From: an uncultured Chitinophagaceae bacterium
Lineage (GTDB): Bacteria > Bacteroidota > Ignavibacteria > UBA10030 > UBA8401
NCBI GenBank assembly: GCA_964361075.1
Contig: CAYHZL010000001.1
Coordinates: forward strand, 1-62,969
DNA: 62,969 nucleotides
Direction: 5' to 3'
Positions 53,688 to 62,790 of this stretch are shown here, piece after piece (the first letter of the stretch is position 1; every line of letters starts with the position of its first letter). The position numbers were made by a program, and so were the translations under genes. The notes beneath the pieces are model-generated. The model was not told the DNA's origin. It saw only the letters and a list, made by a program, of their open reading frames with translations, and did not search any database.

Positions 53688-53930
53688 TCACTCTTTAATT
53701 TTTCGTTTCTTTAAAAGCGCGGCAAGTTCTCTGGAGTTTTGTACGGATGATTTTGTCGCTTTGATGTTCTCTATTTTGATGCGTTCGTACACTTCACCAC
53801 GATGCACAGGTATGCTTTTGGGTGCATCAATGCCAAGTTTGATTTGACCATCGTTCATCTGAACGATAGTGATAGTGATGGAGTCCCCGATTTTTATTGT
53901 CTCGCCTAACTTCCGTGTTAATATCAGCAT
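53688..53930 (-). CDS. csrA: carbon storage regulator CsrA
   Basis: 80 aa, MLILTRKLGETIKIGD...IGIDAPKSIPVHRGEVYE. Confidence 0.96.
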   Translation of the reverse strand: MLILTRKLGETIKIGDSITITIVQMNDGQIKLGIDAPKSIPVHRGEVYERIKIENIKATKSSVQNSRELAALLKKRKIKE

Positions 53931-54004
53931 ACATACCTTCCTTGGTGTAAGAGGAATTGGATTGAGGGTTCGTAATAATAAATGTTAGCGCTTGTTACGT
54001 TTTG

Positions 54005-54400
54005 TTATGCAAACCGTTCCGAAACAGAATACTCTTCGTCGTTTAAAATTATTTGCACACCTTCGCGTTTTTGCGCATTGATAACAATCGGACTGCGCAA
54101 ATTGATAGTTGTTTCTTCGAGCGATGGCTTGAGACAGACAATGGAATATATTTCGTATAAGTCGCCGTTCGAACGCGGAAAGTTTGCTTTATATTCTTTA
54201 ACGATCTCGCGGGGATCAATCATCGGAAAACAGACAGCTTCGTCTTGCGTTGAAACTAACCAACGAAACGGCTCCGTGCTTTCATCATTAACAATGATAA
54301 AATCTTTGAACTCTTCAAAACCTATCACACCGCTCGGAAAGGTGATACGATAATTATCGTCACATTCCAATTCGCCAAATTGTTTCGATTGAAATTTCAT
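54005..54400 (-). CDS. fliW: flagellar assembly factor FliW
   Basis: 131 aa, FliW-like (ITFPSGVIGFEEFKDFII...EPFRWLVS). It sits immediately upstream of csrA, as in Bacillus-type loci. Confidence 0.87.
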   Translation of the reverse strand: MKFQSKQFGELECDDNYRITFPSGVIGFEEFKDFIIVNDESTEPFRWLVSTQDEAVCFPMIDPREIVKEYKANFPRSNGDLYEIYSIVCLKPSLEETTINLRSPIVINAQKREGVQIILNDEEYSVSERFA

Positions 54401-54407
54401 AGTGTAC

Positions 54408-55112
54408 TTACTCCTTTGATGCTTGTTTGTTTTCCGCCATATCTAATATAACAATATCTACACGTCTATTTTTTGCTCTGTTTTCATTTGAATCATTTTT
54501 TACCATCGGTTTATATTCTGCATAACCAACCACGGCAATCTTATCAGCGTTAAGCCGGTGTTTTGTGATAAGATAGTATGCAGTATTGACGGCACGCGAT
54601 ACTGATAAATGCCAGTTCGATGGAAACTGCTGTGTCGCAATCGGAACATCATCTGTATGCCCTTCTACACGAAAATCATTCGGCAGTCGATGAAGCACAC
54701 TCGCTATCGTATCAAGTACAGTGTACGAACTTAATTTCAAATCTGCACTACCTGAAGTAAACAATAATCGCTCTAACATGTGAATTGTAATTCCGCGTTC
54801 GCTCTGAGAAAAAGTTACATCATTACCAAGTGTTCTATTGCCAATCGCTTCTTTCAAAAGACTTGCTAAATCTTTAGCGGCAACATCCGCCGGTAACGGT
54901 ATAAATGAAGTTCCTGTTCCCGATCCGTACACTTTTCCGCCAAAAACATTTTCGAAAACACCAACCATCTGCCGGTACTTCGTAACATCAATTTGCGATA
55001 CGGAGTATAATACAATGAACAATCCTAACAAGAGCGTAATCAAATCAGCGTAGGTAATTAAATATCTGTCTGATCGTTCTTCGCCGACATCATCAAATGG
55101 TGATGCAAACAT
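54408..55112 (-). CDS. motB: flagellar stator protein MotB (set 2)
   Basis: Plug/TM region LITYADLITLLLGLFIVLY and an OmpA-like C-terminus (GHTDDVPI...NRRVDIVI). The start is moved to the ATG at 55112 (a GTG at 55133 is the alternative), because the track start 55265 overlaps motA by 130 nt. Confidence 0.85.
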   Translation of the reverse strand: MFASPFDDVGEERSDRYLITYADLITLLLGLFIVLYSVSQIDVTKYRQMVGVFENVFGGKVYGSGTGTSFIPLPADVAAKDLASLLKEAIGNRTLGNDVTFSQSERGITIHMLERLLFTSGSADLKLSSYTVLDTIASVLHRLPNDFRVEGHTDDVPIATQQFPSNWHLSVSRAVNTAYYLITKHRLNADKIAVVGYAEYKPMVKNDSNENRAKNRRVDIVILDMAENKQASKE

Positions 55113-55135
55113 TTTGCGCCGGGGTCGCTGCACTG

Positions 55136-55897
55136 TTACTCTTGGTTCTGACCCGGCAGCATACCCATAAGTCTCGCTCTGATAATCGCCGACACTTCGC
55201 CCTGCTGAACCGCCAGAACTCCTTCGAGCGCTATCTCCATGTATTGTTTTTCTTCGAGGTGACATATTTTTAGTCTATCGGCAATCGGCAGCCAAATAAT
55301 ATTTGCGTTAAAAATTCCCCACAATGTAGCAATAAATGCTGATGCCATGTTGTGAATTAATTGTTTCGGATCTTCGCCTGCGTTCGCCATTGCCATAATC
55401 AAACCCATCACCGTTCCGATGATGCCCATTGTTGGCGAGTATCCTCCCATTTTCGAAAACAACGCCGCGTTCATCGCATGGCGTTCTGAAACACGGGCAA
55501 TTTCTCCTTCTGCAATAGTGCGAATAGATTCGCTGTCTGTTCCATCAATGGCAAGACGCAAGAGTTTTTTTAAAAATGGGTACTGAACATTTTCTGCATC
55601 ATTATCCAACGAAAGCAATCCGTCTTTTCGTGCGCGCGCCGTGTATTGCACTAACAGTTCCACCAAATCGTTGCCGTCATATTCCTTCGGATACATCGCA
55701 ATTTTAAATAATTTCCAGCCGTTGATAAATCGCTTCCAACCGTTTCCAACAATTGCCGTTGCGAACGTGCCGCCAAACACAACGGTCATTGGCGGTAACA
55801 ATAGCAACGCCCCAAGCGAGCCGCCCTCCAAAACGAACGAACCAAAAATTGCTGCACATCCAAGTGCGATACCTACTAATGTTCCGTACTTTTTCAT
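55136..55897 (-). CDS. motA: flagellar stator protein MotA (set 2)
   Basis: 253 aa, MotA-like (GGYSPTMGIIGTVMGLI...FIATLWGIF). Confidence 0.88.
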   Translation of the reverse strand: MKKYGTLVGIALGCAAIFGSFVLEGGSLGALLLLPPMTVVFGGTFATAIVGNGWKRFINGWKLFKIAMYPKEYDGNDLVELLVQYTARARKDGLLSLDNDAENVQYPFLKKLLRLAIDGTDSESIRTIAEGEIARVSERHAMNAALFSKMGGYSPTMGIIGTVMGLIMAMANAGEDPKQLIHNMASAFIATLWGIFNANIIWLPIADRLKICHLEEKQYMEIALEGVLAVQQGEVSAIIRARLMGMLPGQNQE

Positions 55898-55900
55898 TGA

Positions 55901-56785
55901 TTAAATAAAATCCACTAACGATTTCGGAATAACACGTGCACCGACTTTCAGCGCTGTATCTAAAATAACTTGTTGGTGCTGCAAATCAACAACTGCTTTT
56001 GCTACTTCTGTATCCTGCACTTTTGAAAGCACAGACTGCAATGATACGGTTTGACTGTCCATCTGACTGCTAAAATTATCTAACCGATTAAGTGTTGTGC
56101 CGGCTTTTACCGATGCAACAAGTATTTTATCCATAGCGTCGCTTACTTGTTGTTGCTCTGCTGCTGTTGGCTGCGTTCCTGCAGAATACTTTTTATACAA
56201 ATTAAGAATCGCATCAAGCGCGGCTGTTCCGTTGAACGCTGCCATGCCGGAAATATTAGTAGGCTCTTGCGTTTGCGGAGCAACATCAACATTGATCGAA
56301 CCGCCAATACCATTCGGATTCTGTGAGACAATTTGTGTTATTGAATCGTACGTAAACGGTTTCTGGTCTGTATTGACACCGCCAAATATATATTTGCCGT
56401 TGTAATTTGTGTTGGTAATTTGCAGCAACTCGTTAAACATTTGTTTTGTTTCTTCTGCATACGTTTGTAATTCTTGCGGATTCGCTGTGCTTGTTGCGCG
56501 CGCCATTAATTCTTTTGCATTAATTAGTAAATCAACTGCATTGTTAAGCGATAGTGCAGTCGTGGACATAAATGCGTTTGCAACGCTAATGTTATTCTGA
56601 AATTGCTCGTTGTTAGAAATTTTATTTTTAAGCTGCAGAACACTGTTTGCATTTGTCGGATCATCAGACATGGTGTGAATTTTTACTCCGGTTGCAATGT
56701 CTCTGTTCAGTTTGTCCATTTTGTCCCGGGTAGAGAACACACTTTCAAGAAAACTATTGGCGATATTAATTTCGGTTACTCTCAT
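55901..56785 (-). CDS. flgL: flagellar hook-associated protein 3
   Basis: 294 aa with flagellin-like N and C helices. It lies directly downstream of flgK. Confidence 0.8.
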   Translation of the reverse strand: MRVTEINIANSFLESVFSTRDKMDKLNRDIATGVKIHTMSDDPTNANSVLQLKNKISNNEQFQNNISVANAFMSTTALSLNNAVDLLINAKELMARATSTANPQELQTYAEETKQMFNELLQITNTNYNGKYIFGGVNTDQKPFTYDSITQIVSQNPNGIGGSINVDVAPQTQEPTNISGMAAFNGTAALDAILNLYKKYSAGTQPTAAEQQQVSDAMDKILVASVKAGTTLNRLDNFSSQMDSQTVSLQSVLSKVQDTEVAKAVVDLQHQQVILDTALKVGARVIPKSLVDFI

Positions 56786-56792
56786 AATTCAC

Positions 56793-58160
56793 CTACACCA
56801 TTTGTATGATTGTTGACATCATTTCATCTACCGCTTTAATTAATTTTGCTGAAGCATCGTACGAGCGCTGAAACTTAATCATGTTCGTCATTTCTTCATC
56901 AAGCGAAACAGCCGAAAAAGAATTACGTTGTGATTGAAGTTGGATCATGATTAACTGTTGTCCATCTGTTTCTTGCTTTACCCGCGATGCATCAGAACCA
57001 ATTTTTCCCAACAACATATTGTAATATTGCTGATGTGTTACCGTACCGCCATTCATTGTTGGTGTTTCAAATATATTCGCAATTTGTGTTGCAACATCGT
57101 TATCGCCCGCAGCACCGGTTTTACTTGCTGCAATTAATCGCGGATCGGATTCGATAGTTGGAGTAATCGTCAGCGTACCATTTGTATAGCTGCTGAAGAA
57201 ATCGTTGCCGGTCGGCGCCGGAGTTCCTAAACCAAAACCGGCGTTGTGCACGGTGTTTACTTCGGTGAAAATGCTTGTTGCCAATGTATCAATATCACTC
57301 ATGTACTTTGGAATAACATCGTTGTAGTGCGTCAACATACCGCCAAGTTCGCCGGAATTGATATTTGCCGCACTGGTGGAACTTGCAATACCAACACTGA
57401 GCGTGGTACCGTTGTCGGTTACGCTGAACGGTACTGCAGAATTTTCATCAGCAACAGTAACGCCGCCAACATTCACGCGAATCACTCCCTTTGTATCCTC
57501 GTATGTTTTAACATTGGCGAGTTGAGAAAGTTCGTCAATTTTATTGTCGCGCGTATCCATCAAATCATTTGCTGTTAAATTTGCATTGCTTGCATCAAGT
57601 ATTTTTTTGTTCAGGTCGGAAATCTGGGATGTGAGCGTGTTAATCTTATTTACTTTTGAAACTATTTCATCCTTAATATCCGAACGCAATGAAGAAAAAT
57701 TATTTTGGATTTGTTTAATACCTGTACTGAGAGACCGTGCGCTTTGCAAAACAATTTGTCTCGCACCCAAATCTTCCGGTGTTGTTGCTAATGTCTGCCA
57801 TGCCTTGGAAAAATTCTGCATCATACTTTGCAAGCCGTTACTTGATGGCTCATTCATGATCGCTTCTATCTGATCAAAAATACGTGATTGCAGTGTGGAA
57901 CTGCCGAGCGATTGTTGCGAGTTGCGCACTTGTGTATCAATGAAATTATCGCGTAAGCGTGAAACGCTTGAAAGCTCTACGCCGGAACCAAGCAAACCGA
58001 CTGACTCCCTCGTTGGCGCTGTTGTAGTCAAATCCGCGCGCTGACGTGTATAGCCAACTGTGCCCGCGTTAGCAATATTGTGCGCTGTTACATCCATTGC
58101 GTTTCGCTGGGCAAACAACGAACGACGAGCAGTCTCGAAAACTTTATTGATGCCGGCCAT
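56793..58160 (-). CDS. flgK: flagellar hook-associated protein 1
   Basis: 455 aa with the N-terminal rod/hook signature (TAHNIANAGTVGYTRQ) and the C-terminal FQRSYDASAKLI. Confidence 0.92.
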   Translation of the reverse strand: MAGINKVFETARRSLFAQRNAMDVTAHNIANAGTVGYTRQRADLTTTAPTRESVGLLGSGVELSSVSRLRDNFIDTQVRNSQQSLGSSTLQSRIFDQIEAIMNEPSSNGLQSMMQNFSKAWQTLATTPEDLGARQIVLQSARSLSTGIKQIQNNFSSLRSDIKDEIVSKVNKINTLTSQISDLNKKILDASNANLTANDLMDTRDNKIDELSQLANVKTYEDTKGVIRVNVGGVTVADENSAVPFSVTDNGTTLSVGIASSTSAANINSGELGGMLTHYNDVIPKYMSDIDTLATSIFTEVNTVHNAGFGLGTPAPTGNDFFSSYTNGTLTITPTIESDPRLIAASKTGAAGDNDVATQIANIFETPTMNGGTVTHQQYYNMLLGKIGSDASRVKQETDGQQLIMIQLQSQRNSFSAVSLDEEMTNMIKFQRSYDASAKLIKAVDEMMSTIIQMV

Positions 58161-58169
58161 ACTTTTCTT

Positions 58170-58616
58170 TCACACAGTTCTGTTTATCAGTTGCCGCGAT
58201 TTATTTTGAGTAACAATATTAATTGTCTCTTTAATAAAATTCATTGAATTATTCACAAGCATTTTGTTCTGGTCGTTGAGGTACGTAATTTGCTGCAATG
58301 TATTTCTCAGCCGTCCTTCTAACTGTGTCAGTTCATCGGTGCGGGTATAGTTGAGTTGCTCAACTACTTCTTGCAGCGTTAATGTTTGCATCTTCGCATC
58401 TAAATCGTCTATGCAGTGTGCAATAAATGCAAGACGTTGTTGTTCATGCTCTCTCACACCTTTAATCGCAGCTTCTTCTTCAGTCAGAGCAATTTTCAAC
58501 GCGTCATAATTATGTTTCACAATTGCATTCTGTTTGCACAATACAACTTCGCGCAAAGTTTCCAACGAGATCAATTCTTTTTCTAAAATGTTTATTAAAT
58601 CAGTCAGTTCGGTCAT
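58170..58616 (-). CDS. flgN: FlgN-like flagellar export chaperone
   Basis: 148-aa all-helical protein in the conserved slot upstream of flgK. Assigned by position and composition only. Confidence 0.6.
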   Translation of the reverse strand: MTELTDLINILEKELISLETLREVVLCKQNAIVKHNYDALKIALTEEEAAIKGVREHEQQRLAFIAHCIDDLDAKMQTLTLQEVVEQLNYTRTDELTQLEGRLRNTLQQITYLNDQNKMLVNNSMNFIKETINIVTQNKSRQLINRTV

Positions 58617-59551
58617 TGCTTTTCATTCTCCGATGATTGAAGCGCTGCAAATAAATTCATCACTCTTTTTACATAATTTTGTGTTTCTTTGAACGGAGGA
58701 ATGCCGTTATATTTTTCAATATTTCCCGGTCCTGCATTGTACGATGCGAGTGCAAGCGGTATATTACCCTCAAAACGATCTAACTGCTGTTTCAAATATT
58801 TTGCGCCGCCATTAATATTTTGATGCGGATCCCAAACATTTTTTACGCCAACCGATGCCGCCGTTGTGTCAATTAATTGCATCAATCCCTTCGCATTTTT
58901 TGAAGAACGAGCTGTATTTTTTCCGCCGGATTCTTGTACTATCATTGCCTTTATCAGATTTTTATTGATACCCGTTGTATCTGCAGCTTGCTCTATTATA
59001 TGATCGTACGAGGTTACTCTCTCCATTGTATTCGAATGTATGTTCACTGAATCTTTAACAAGAGGTACGACCGGAACAATAATTTCTTTTACTTGCTTCG
59101 GTACACTCGCTTCACCTGTGCGTATCACCGATGGTTTCGTTTGCTGTTTTTCAGGAAAAGATATTTTTCCTTCGAGTATTTCAATTTGTTTCTTCGTTAC
59201 TACGCGCGGTGTTCTTGGAACTTCGGTGTGTAGTTTCATCCCTGCTTGTGCTTGCTTTAATTCCTGTAACGATTCGCCGGTAATTTTTTTATACATCGCT
59301 TCTGCAACACCAAAGCTGCTGCTTTTCGAAATATGTTTGGCAAGTTCACCATCGAACATTCCCTTCACCATCTCGCCGCCAAAGCTTTCACCAAATTCCG
59401 AACTTTTCTCTTCGCCACGCATCGATTTCAACATCATCGAAATAAAAATTGCTTCAAAATCGCGCGACGCTTTTTGCAATTTTTGTTTTTGCGCCGGCGA
59501 AAATTTCTGCACCGTATCTTGTACGTTAATATGTTGAATGTCTTGTGCCAT
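58613..59551 (-). CDS. flgJ: FlgJ-type rod-binding domain fused to an SLT lytic transglycosylase domain
   Basis: N-terminal Rod_binding motif (ASRDFEAIFISMMLKSMR ... FGVAEAMYKK). The C-terminal SLT domain has the catalytic Glu region (IVQESGGKNTARSSKNAKGLMQL ... ASYNAGPGN). Confidence 0.82.
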   Translation of the reverse strand: MAQDIQHINVQDTVQKFSPAQKQKLQKASRDFEAIFISMMLKSMRGEEKSSEFGESFGGEMVKGMFDGELAKHISKSSSFGVAEAMYKKITGESLQELKQAQAGMKLHTEVPRTPRVVTKKQIEILEGKISFPEKQQTKPSVIRTGEASVPKQVKEIIVPVVPLVKDSVNIHSNTMERVTSYDHIIEQAADTTGINKNLIKAMIVQESGGKNTARSSKNAKGLMQLIDTTAASVGVKNVWDPHQNINGGAKYLKQQLDRFEGNIPLALASYNAGPGNIEKYNGIPPFKETQNYVKRVMNLFAALQSSENEKQ

Positions 59552-59552
59552 T

Positions 59553-60653
59553 TTAGATTATCACTAATTCTGCTTTCAGTGCGCCCACTTCTTTCAATGC
59601 CTGGAAAATTGCAATGATATCGCGTGGCGCAACTTTCAATAAGTTTAATACCTTCGCTACATCTTGCACTGTTGCAACACCATCAATCGCCACCACTTTT
59701 GCCGAATCTTGTACCGCTGTTGGAGATTCAATTTTCGCAACAATTGTTTTACCGCCCTGCGAAAATGCATTGGGCTGAGAAATAACAGGCGCTGTTTCAA
59801 TTTCTATATTTAATCCGCCGTGCGAAATTGCAACAGGAAGAATGGAAACATTGGATCCGATAATAACGGTGCCTGTTCGTTCGTTGATGACAACACGCGC
59901 AATCACATCAACATTTACTTCGAGCATTTCCAACTGTGAAATAAAATCTATCAACTGCGATGAAAAAGCTGCCGGCACAACTATTTCAACACTGCCTGCA
60001 TCCATACTTTTTGCAATTTTACTTCCCATCGATTTATTTACTACATCGGCAATTCTTTTTGAAGTTGTAAAGTCGGCTTGATTCAGCACCAACGAAACGG
60101 ACATGCCGTCGCCAAGCGATGGATTGACAGCTTTTTCCACAATGGCGCCATTTGGAATTCTTCCCGCCGCTGTGTGATTTTTTGCGACGCGTGAACCGCT
60201 GCTTGTTCGTACATCAAACCCGCCGACCGAAATTGAACCCTGCGCCATCGCATACACAGTTCCATCTAAACCGGAAAGTGGTGTCATCAACAATGTGCCG
60301 CCTTGCAAACTTGTTGCATCACCCATCGAAGAAACTGTTACGTCCGAAACACCGCCTGATTTTGTGAACGGTGCGATAGTCGTTGTTACCATCACTGCAG
60401 CAACATTGCGTAAACGCATTTCGTTTTGCGGAACAGTAATACCAAAACGCTGCAGCATACTTGTTACCGATTGAACAGTAAACATAGAACGTTGTGTATC
60501 GCCCGTGCCTGCCAACCCTACTACCAAACCATATCCAAGTACTTGTTCGCCGCGCATTCCCATCACATACGCAATGTCTTTAATGCGCGTACCTGCAAAA
60601 GATAATTGCGTGTTGAGCAGCGCTAGTAACATGAAAGCAGTAAATTTTTTCAC
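59553..60653 (-). CDS. flgI: flagellar P-ring protein
   Basis: FlgI-like throughout (RIKDIA...GYGLVVGLAGTGD...). The start is set to the GTG at 60653 (VKKFTAFMLLALLNTQLSFA signal peptide), because the track start 60719 overlaps flgH by 53 nt. Confidence 0.92.
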   Translation of the reverse strand: MKKFTAFMLLALLNTQLSFAGTRIKDIAYVMGMRGEQVLGYGLVVGLAGTGDTQRSMFTVQSVTSMLQRFGITVPQNEMRLRNVAAVMVTTTIAPFTKSGGVSDVTVSSMGDATSLQGGTLLMTPLSGLDGTVYAMAQGSISVGGFDVRTSSGSRVAKNHTAAGRIPNGAIVEKAVNPSLGDGMSVSLVLNQADFTTSKRIADVVNKSMGSKIAKSMDAGSVEIVVPAAFSSQLIDFISQLEMLEVNVDVIARVVINERTGTVIIGSNVSILPVAISHGGLNIEIETAPVISQPNAFSQGGKTIVAKIESPTAVQDSAKVVAIDGVATVQDVAKVLNLLKVAPRDIIAIFQALKEVGALKAELVII

Positions 60654-60666
60654 GGTACGTTTCCTT

Positions 60667-61251
60667 TTAAAATATCCAGTGGAAGAATCGTGTAATCCAA
60701 CCCGGTTTTTGCGAATCATTAATCACACCGCTGCCGGAGTAGGAAATAATGGCGCTTGAAATATTGTATGAAAACACACTGTTGTCGCCCTGAATATCTG
60801 ATGGACGAACAACGCCGCTGATTTTTATGATTTGCTCATCACCGTTAATCATAATATTTCTACTGCCGCTGATAATTAAATTTCCGTTTGGTGCAACAGA
60901 ATCAATGCGCGCGCTGATTTTTGCTTTCATCACGCCGCTGCTTTTTGTGCCGCCTTCACCTTTAAATGTATTGCCTGTACTAATTCCTACACTTGCGCTC
61001 GGCAATGCTTTGCCAGCCGCTGAACCCGATGCACCGAGAGACAAATCACTTGCACGCGAATTCGATGTGCTTGCATCGTTCGATGCTTGCGCTTGCTCTA
61101 TCACCAACACTGTAACAGCATCACCAATTCTTGCTGCTTTCTGATCTGAAAAAAGCGACCGACTTGAATTCACCCGCATATCTTGTGCGAAGAGTGTTGC
61201 TGTCATTGCCAAAAAAAATATTGTATGTCTCGCTTTCATTGTTGTACCCAT
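60667..61251 (-). CDS. flgH: flagellar L-ring protein
   Basis: 194 aa, FlgH-like (SLFSDQKAARIGDAVTVLV...GNLIISGSRNIMINGDEQIIKISGVVRPSDI). An alternative start is the ATG at 61239. Confidence 0.9.
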   Translation of the reverse strand: MGTTMKARHTIFFLAMTATLFAQDMRVNSSRSLFSDQKAARIGDAVTVLVIEQAQASNDASTSNSRASDLSLGASGSAAGKALPSASVGISTGNTFKGEGGTKSSGVMKAKISARIDSVAPNGNLIISGSRNIMINGDEQIIKISGVVRPSDIQGDNSVFSYNISSAIISYSGSGVINDSQKPGWITRFFHWIF

Positions 61252-61294
61252 CTGTTTTGAAGTTCCAAAGAAATTACCTCAAGATGTGAAAAAT

Positions 61295-61981
61295 TTATTC
61301 CACCATTTCAACAGTGTAGCCATCTATTACTTTTGCTCTGATACTACGTTTCATTTCTTTCAATTCAATTGCTATGATATTGCCGTTCCAGCCATCTTCT
61401 TTCGCTTTTCCGTTAAAAGACAATTTTATATTATCCGTATGAAGATTTACCAACACGATAGAACCTGCCGCAACAAGCGGATGTGTTTCAACCAGCGCTG
61501 CAGTAAGTGGTCGTCCGGCAGCAATCACCAATTTACTGCGAAGTGTGTTCGTGGAATTTGATTTCTTCAACACATCGTCCGGCAACATTGTTGTCTCAAC
61601 AACTTGATAAGCAATATTAGCCGCGCCTTCGGCACAACTAATTTCTTCGTGACGATTAATAAGCTTTGTTGACACGGCAACTGTTTCAAACGTTCGCACA
61701 CGAACACCAACGAAAAATCTTTGACGTACGCCGGCATGAGTTGTTACATCAACAGGAATGGTCAACAATCCTTTATATGTTGCACGCGGCTCATCAACAA
61801 CGAGCACTGACGAAGCAGCATCAATCTTCTGAACTTCGCGCGGAAGTGTACGAAACTCTACTTCATATCGTTCCACATTTTTCAAATGCTGCGCAAGCAT
61901 TGCCTGCACAGCAGATTGAATTTCGTTTTGACCTGCAAACGAGAATTGTATAAAAAATAGTATGAGTGATATTTTTTTCAT
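61295..61981 (-). CDS. flgA: flagellar P-ring assembly chaperone FlgA
   Basis: 228 aa with a signal peptide and a C-terminal SAF-like region. It occupies the conserved slot between flgG and flgH. Confidence 0.75.
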   Translation of the reverse strand: MKKISLILFFIQFSFAGQNEIQSAVQAMLAQHLKNVERYEVEFRTLPREVQKIDAASSVLVVDEPRATYKGLLTIPVDVTTHAGVRQRFFVGVRVRTFETVAVSTKLINRHEEISCAEGAANIAYQVVETTMLPDDVLKKSNSTNTLRSKLVIAAGRPLTAALVETHPLVAAGSIVLVNLHTDNIKLSFNGKAKEDGWNGNIIAIELKEMKRSIRAKVIDGYTVEMVE

Positions 61982-61989
61982 TACATCAA

Positions 61990-62790
61990 TTATCCGCGTT
62001 TCAAGTTGTTCGCCATTTGTAACATGTCTTCAACTGTTTTAATTGTCTTCGAATTAATTTCATACGAGCGCTGCGCCGTAATCATATTTACCATCTCTTC
62101 AACAACATCAACATTTGATGATTCGAGATTACCTTGCAATGTTTCGCCAAATCCTGCTGAACCTGCTTGTCCGATAATTGGTTGGCCGGAAGCGGCTGTT
62201 TCTACTAATAAATTTGTTCCGATTGAACGGAGTCCGGAAGGATTAACAAAACGGGCAAGTTCAAGTTGACCAAGTTTCATTAACGATGATTGACCAACTT
62301 CTTTTGCTTCCACTGTTCCCTCTTTCCCAATAACCACTTCAAGTGTATCAGAGGAGAGTTTTATTTCAGGTTGAACTACATATCCTTCCGACGTAACAAG
62401 CACACCATCGGCAGCAACTTTTAGCGAACCATCGCGCGTGTACGCAAACGTACCATCCGAACGTTTAATTTGGAGGAAACCTTCACCTTGAATAGCGATA
62501 TCCAAACTATTATGTGTCGGTTGCAGATCGCCTTGCAAGAAACTTTTCAAGGTCGCAACTGTTTGCGTTCCATTTCCAACTTGGATTTCCATTGGCGGTT
62601 CAACCGTTCCGTTACTTCCGGCGGTTGCGTTATTTGAAGCACGCAATGTCTGATACATTAAATCCTGAAATTCAACGCGGCTCTTTTTAAATCCGGTTGT
62701 GTTAACGTTGGCAAGATTGTTTGCAATGATGTCAACATTTAATTGTTGCGCATACATGCCGGTTGCAGCGGTTCGTAATGAGCGATTCAT
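61990..62790 (-). CDS. flgG: flagellar distal rod protein
   Basis: 266 aa with N-terminal AATGMYAQQLNVDIIANNLANVNTTGFK and C-terminal ITAQRSYEINSKTI rod signatures. Confidence 0.94.
   Translation of the reverse strand: MNRSLRTAATGMYAQQLNVDIIANNLANVNTTGFKKSRVEFQDLMYQTLRASNNATAGSNGTVEPPMEIQVGNGTQTVATLKSFLQGDLQPTHNSLDIAIQGEGFLQIKRSDGTFAYTRDGSLKVAADGVLVTSEGYVVQPEIKLSSDTLEVVIGKEGTVEAKEVGQSSLMKLGQLELARFVNPSGLRSIGTNLLVETAASGQPIIGQAGSAGFGETLQGNLESSNVDVVEEMVNMITAQRSYEINSKTIKTVEDMLQMANNLKRG

Noticed and set aside
55113-55265. Long N-terminal extensions offered by the ORF track (motB set 2 from 55265, flgI from 60719, fni from 44910, tmk from 2249, the BamB-like gene from 35067, the Omp85 fusion from 38095)
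   Set aside because: The extensions overlap the upstream gene by 50-130 nt, run into repeat elements, or add unconserved residues ahead of an obvious signal peptide or P-loop. Internal ATG or GTG starts give canonical N-termini.
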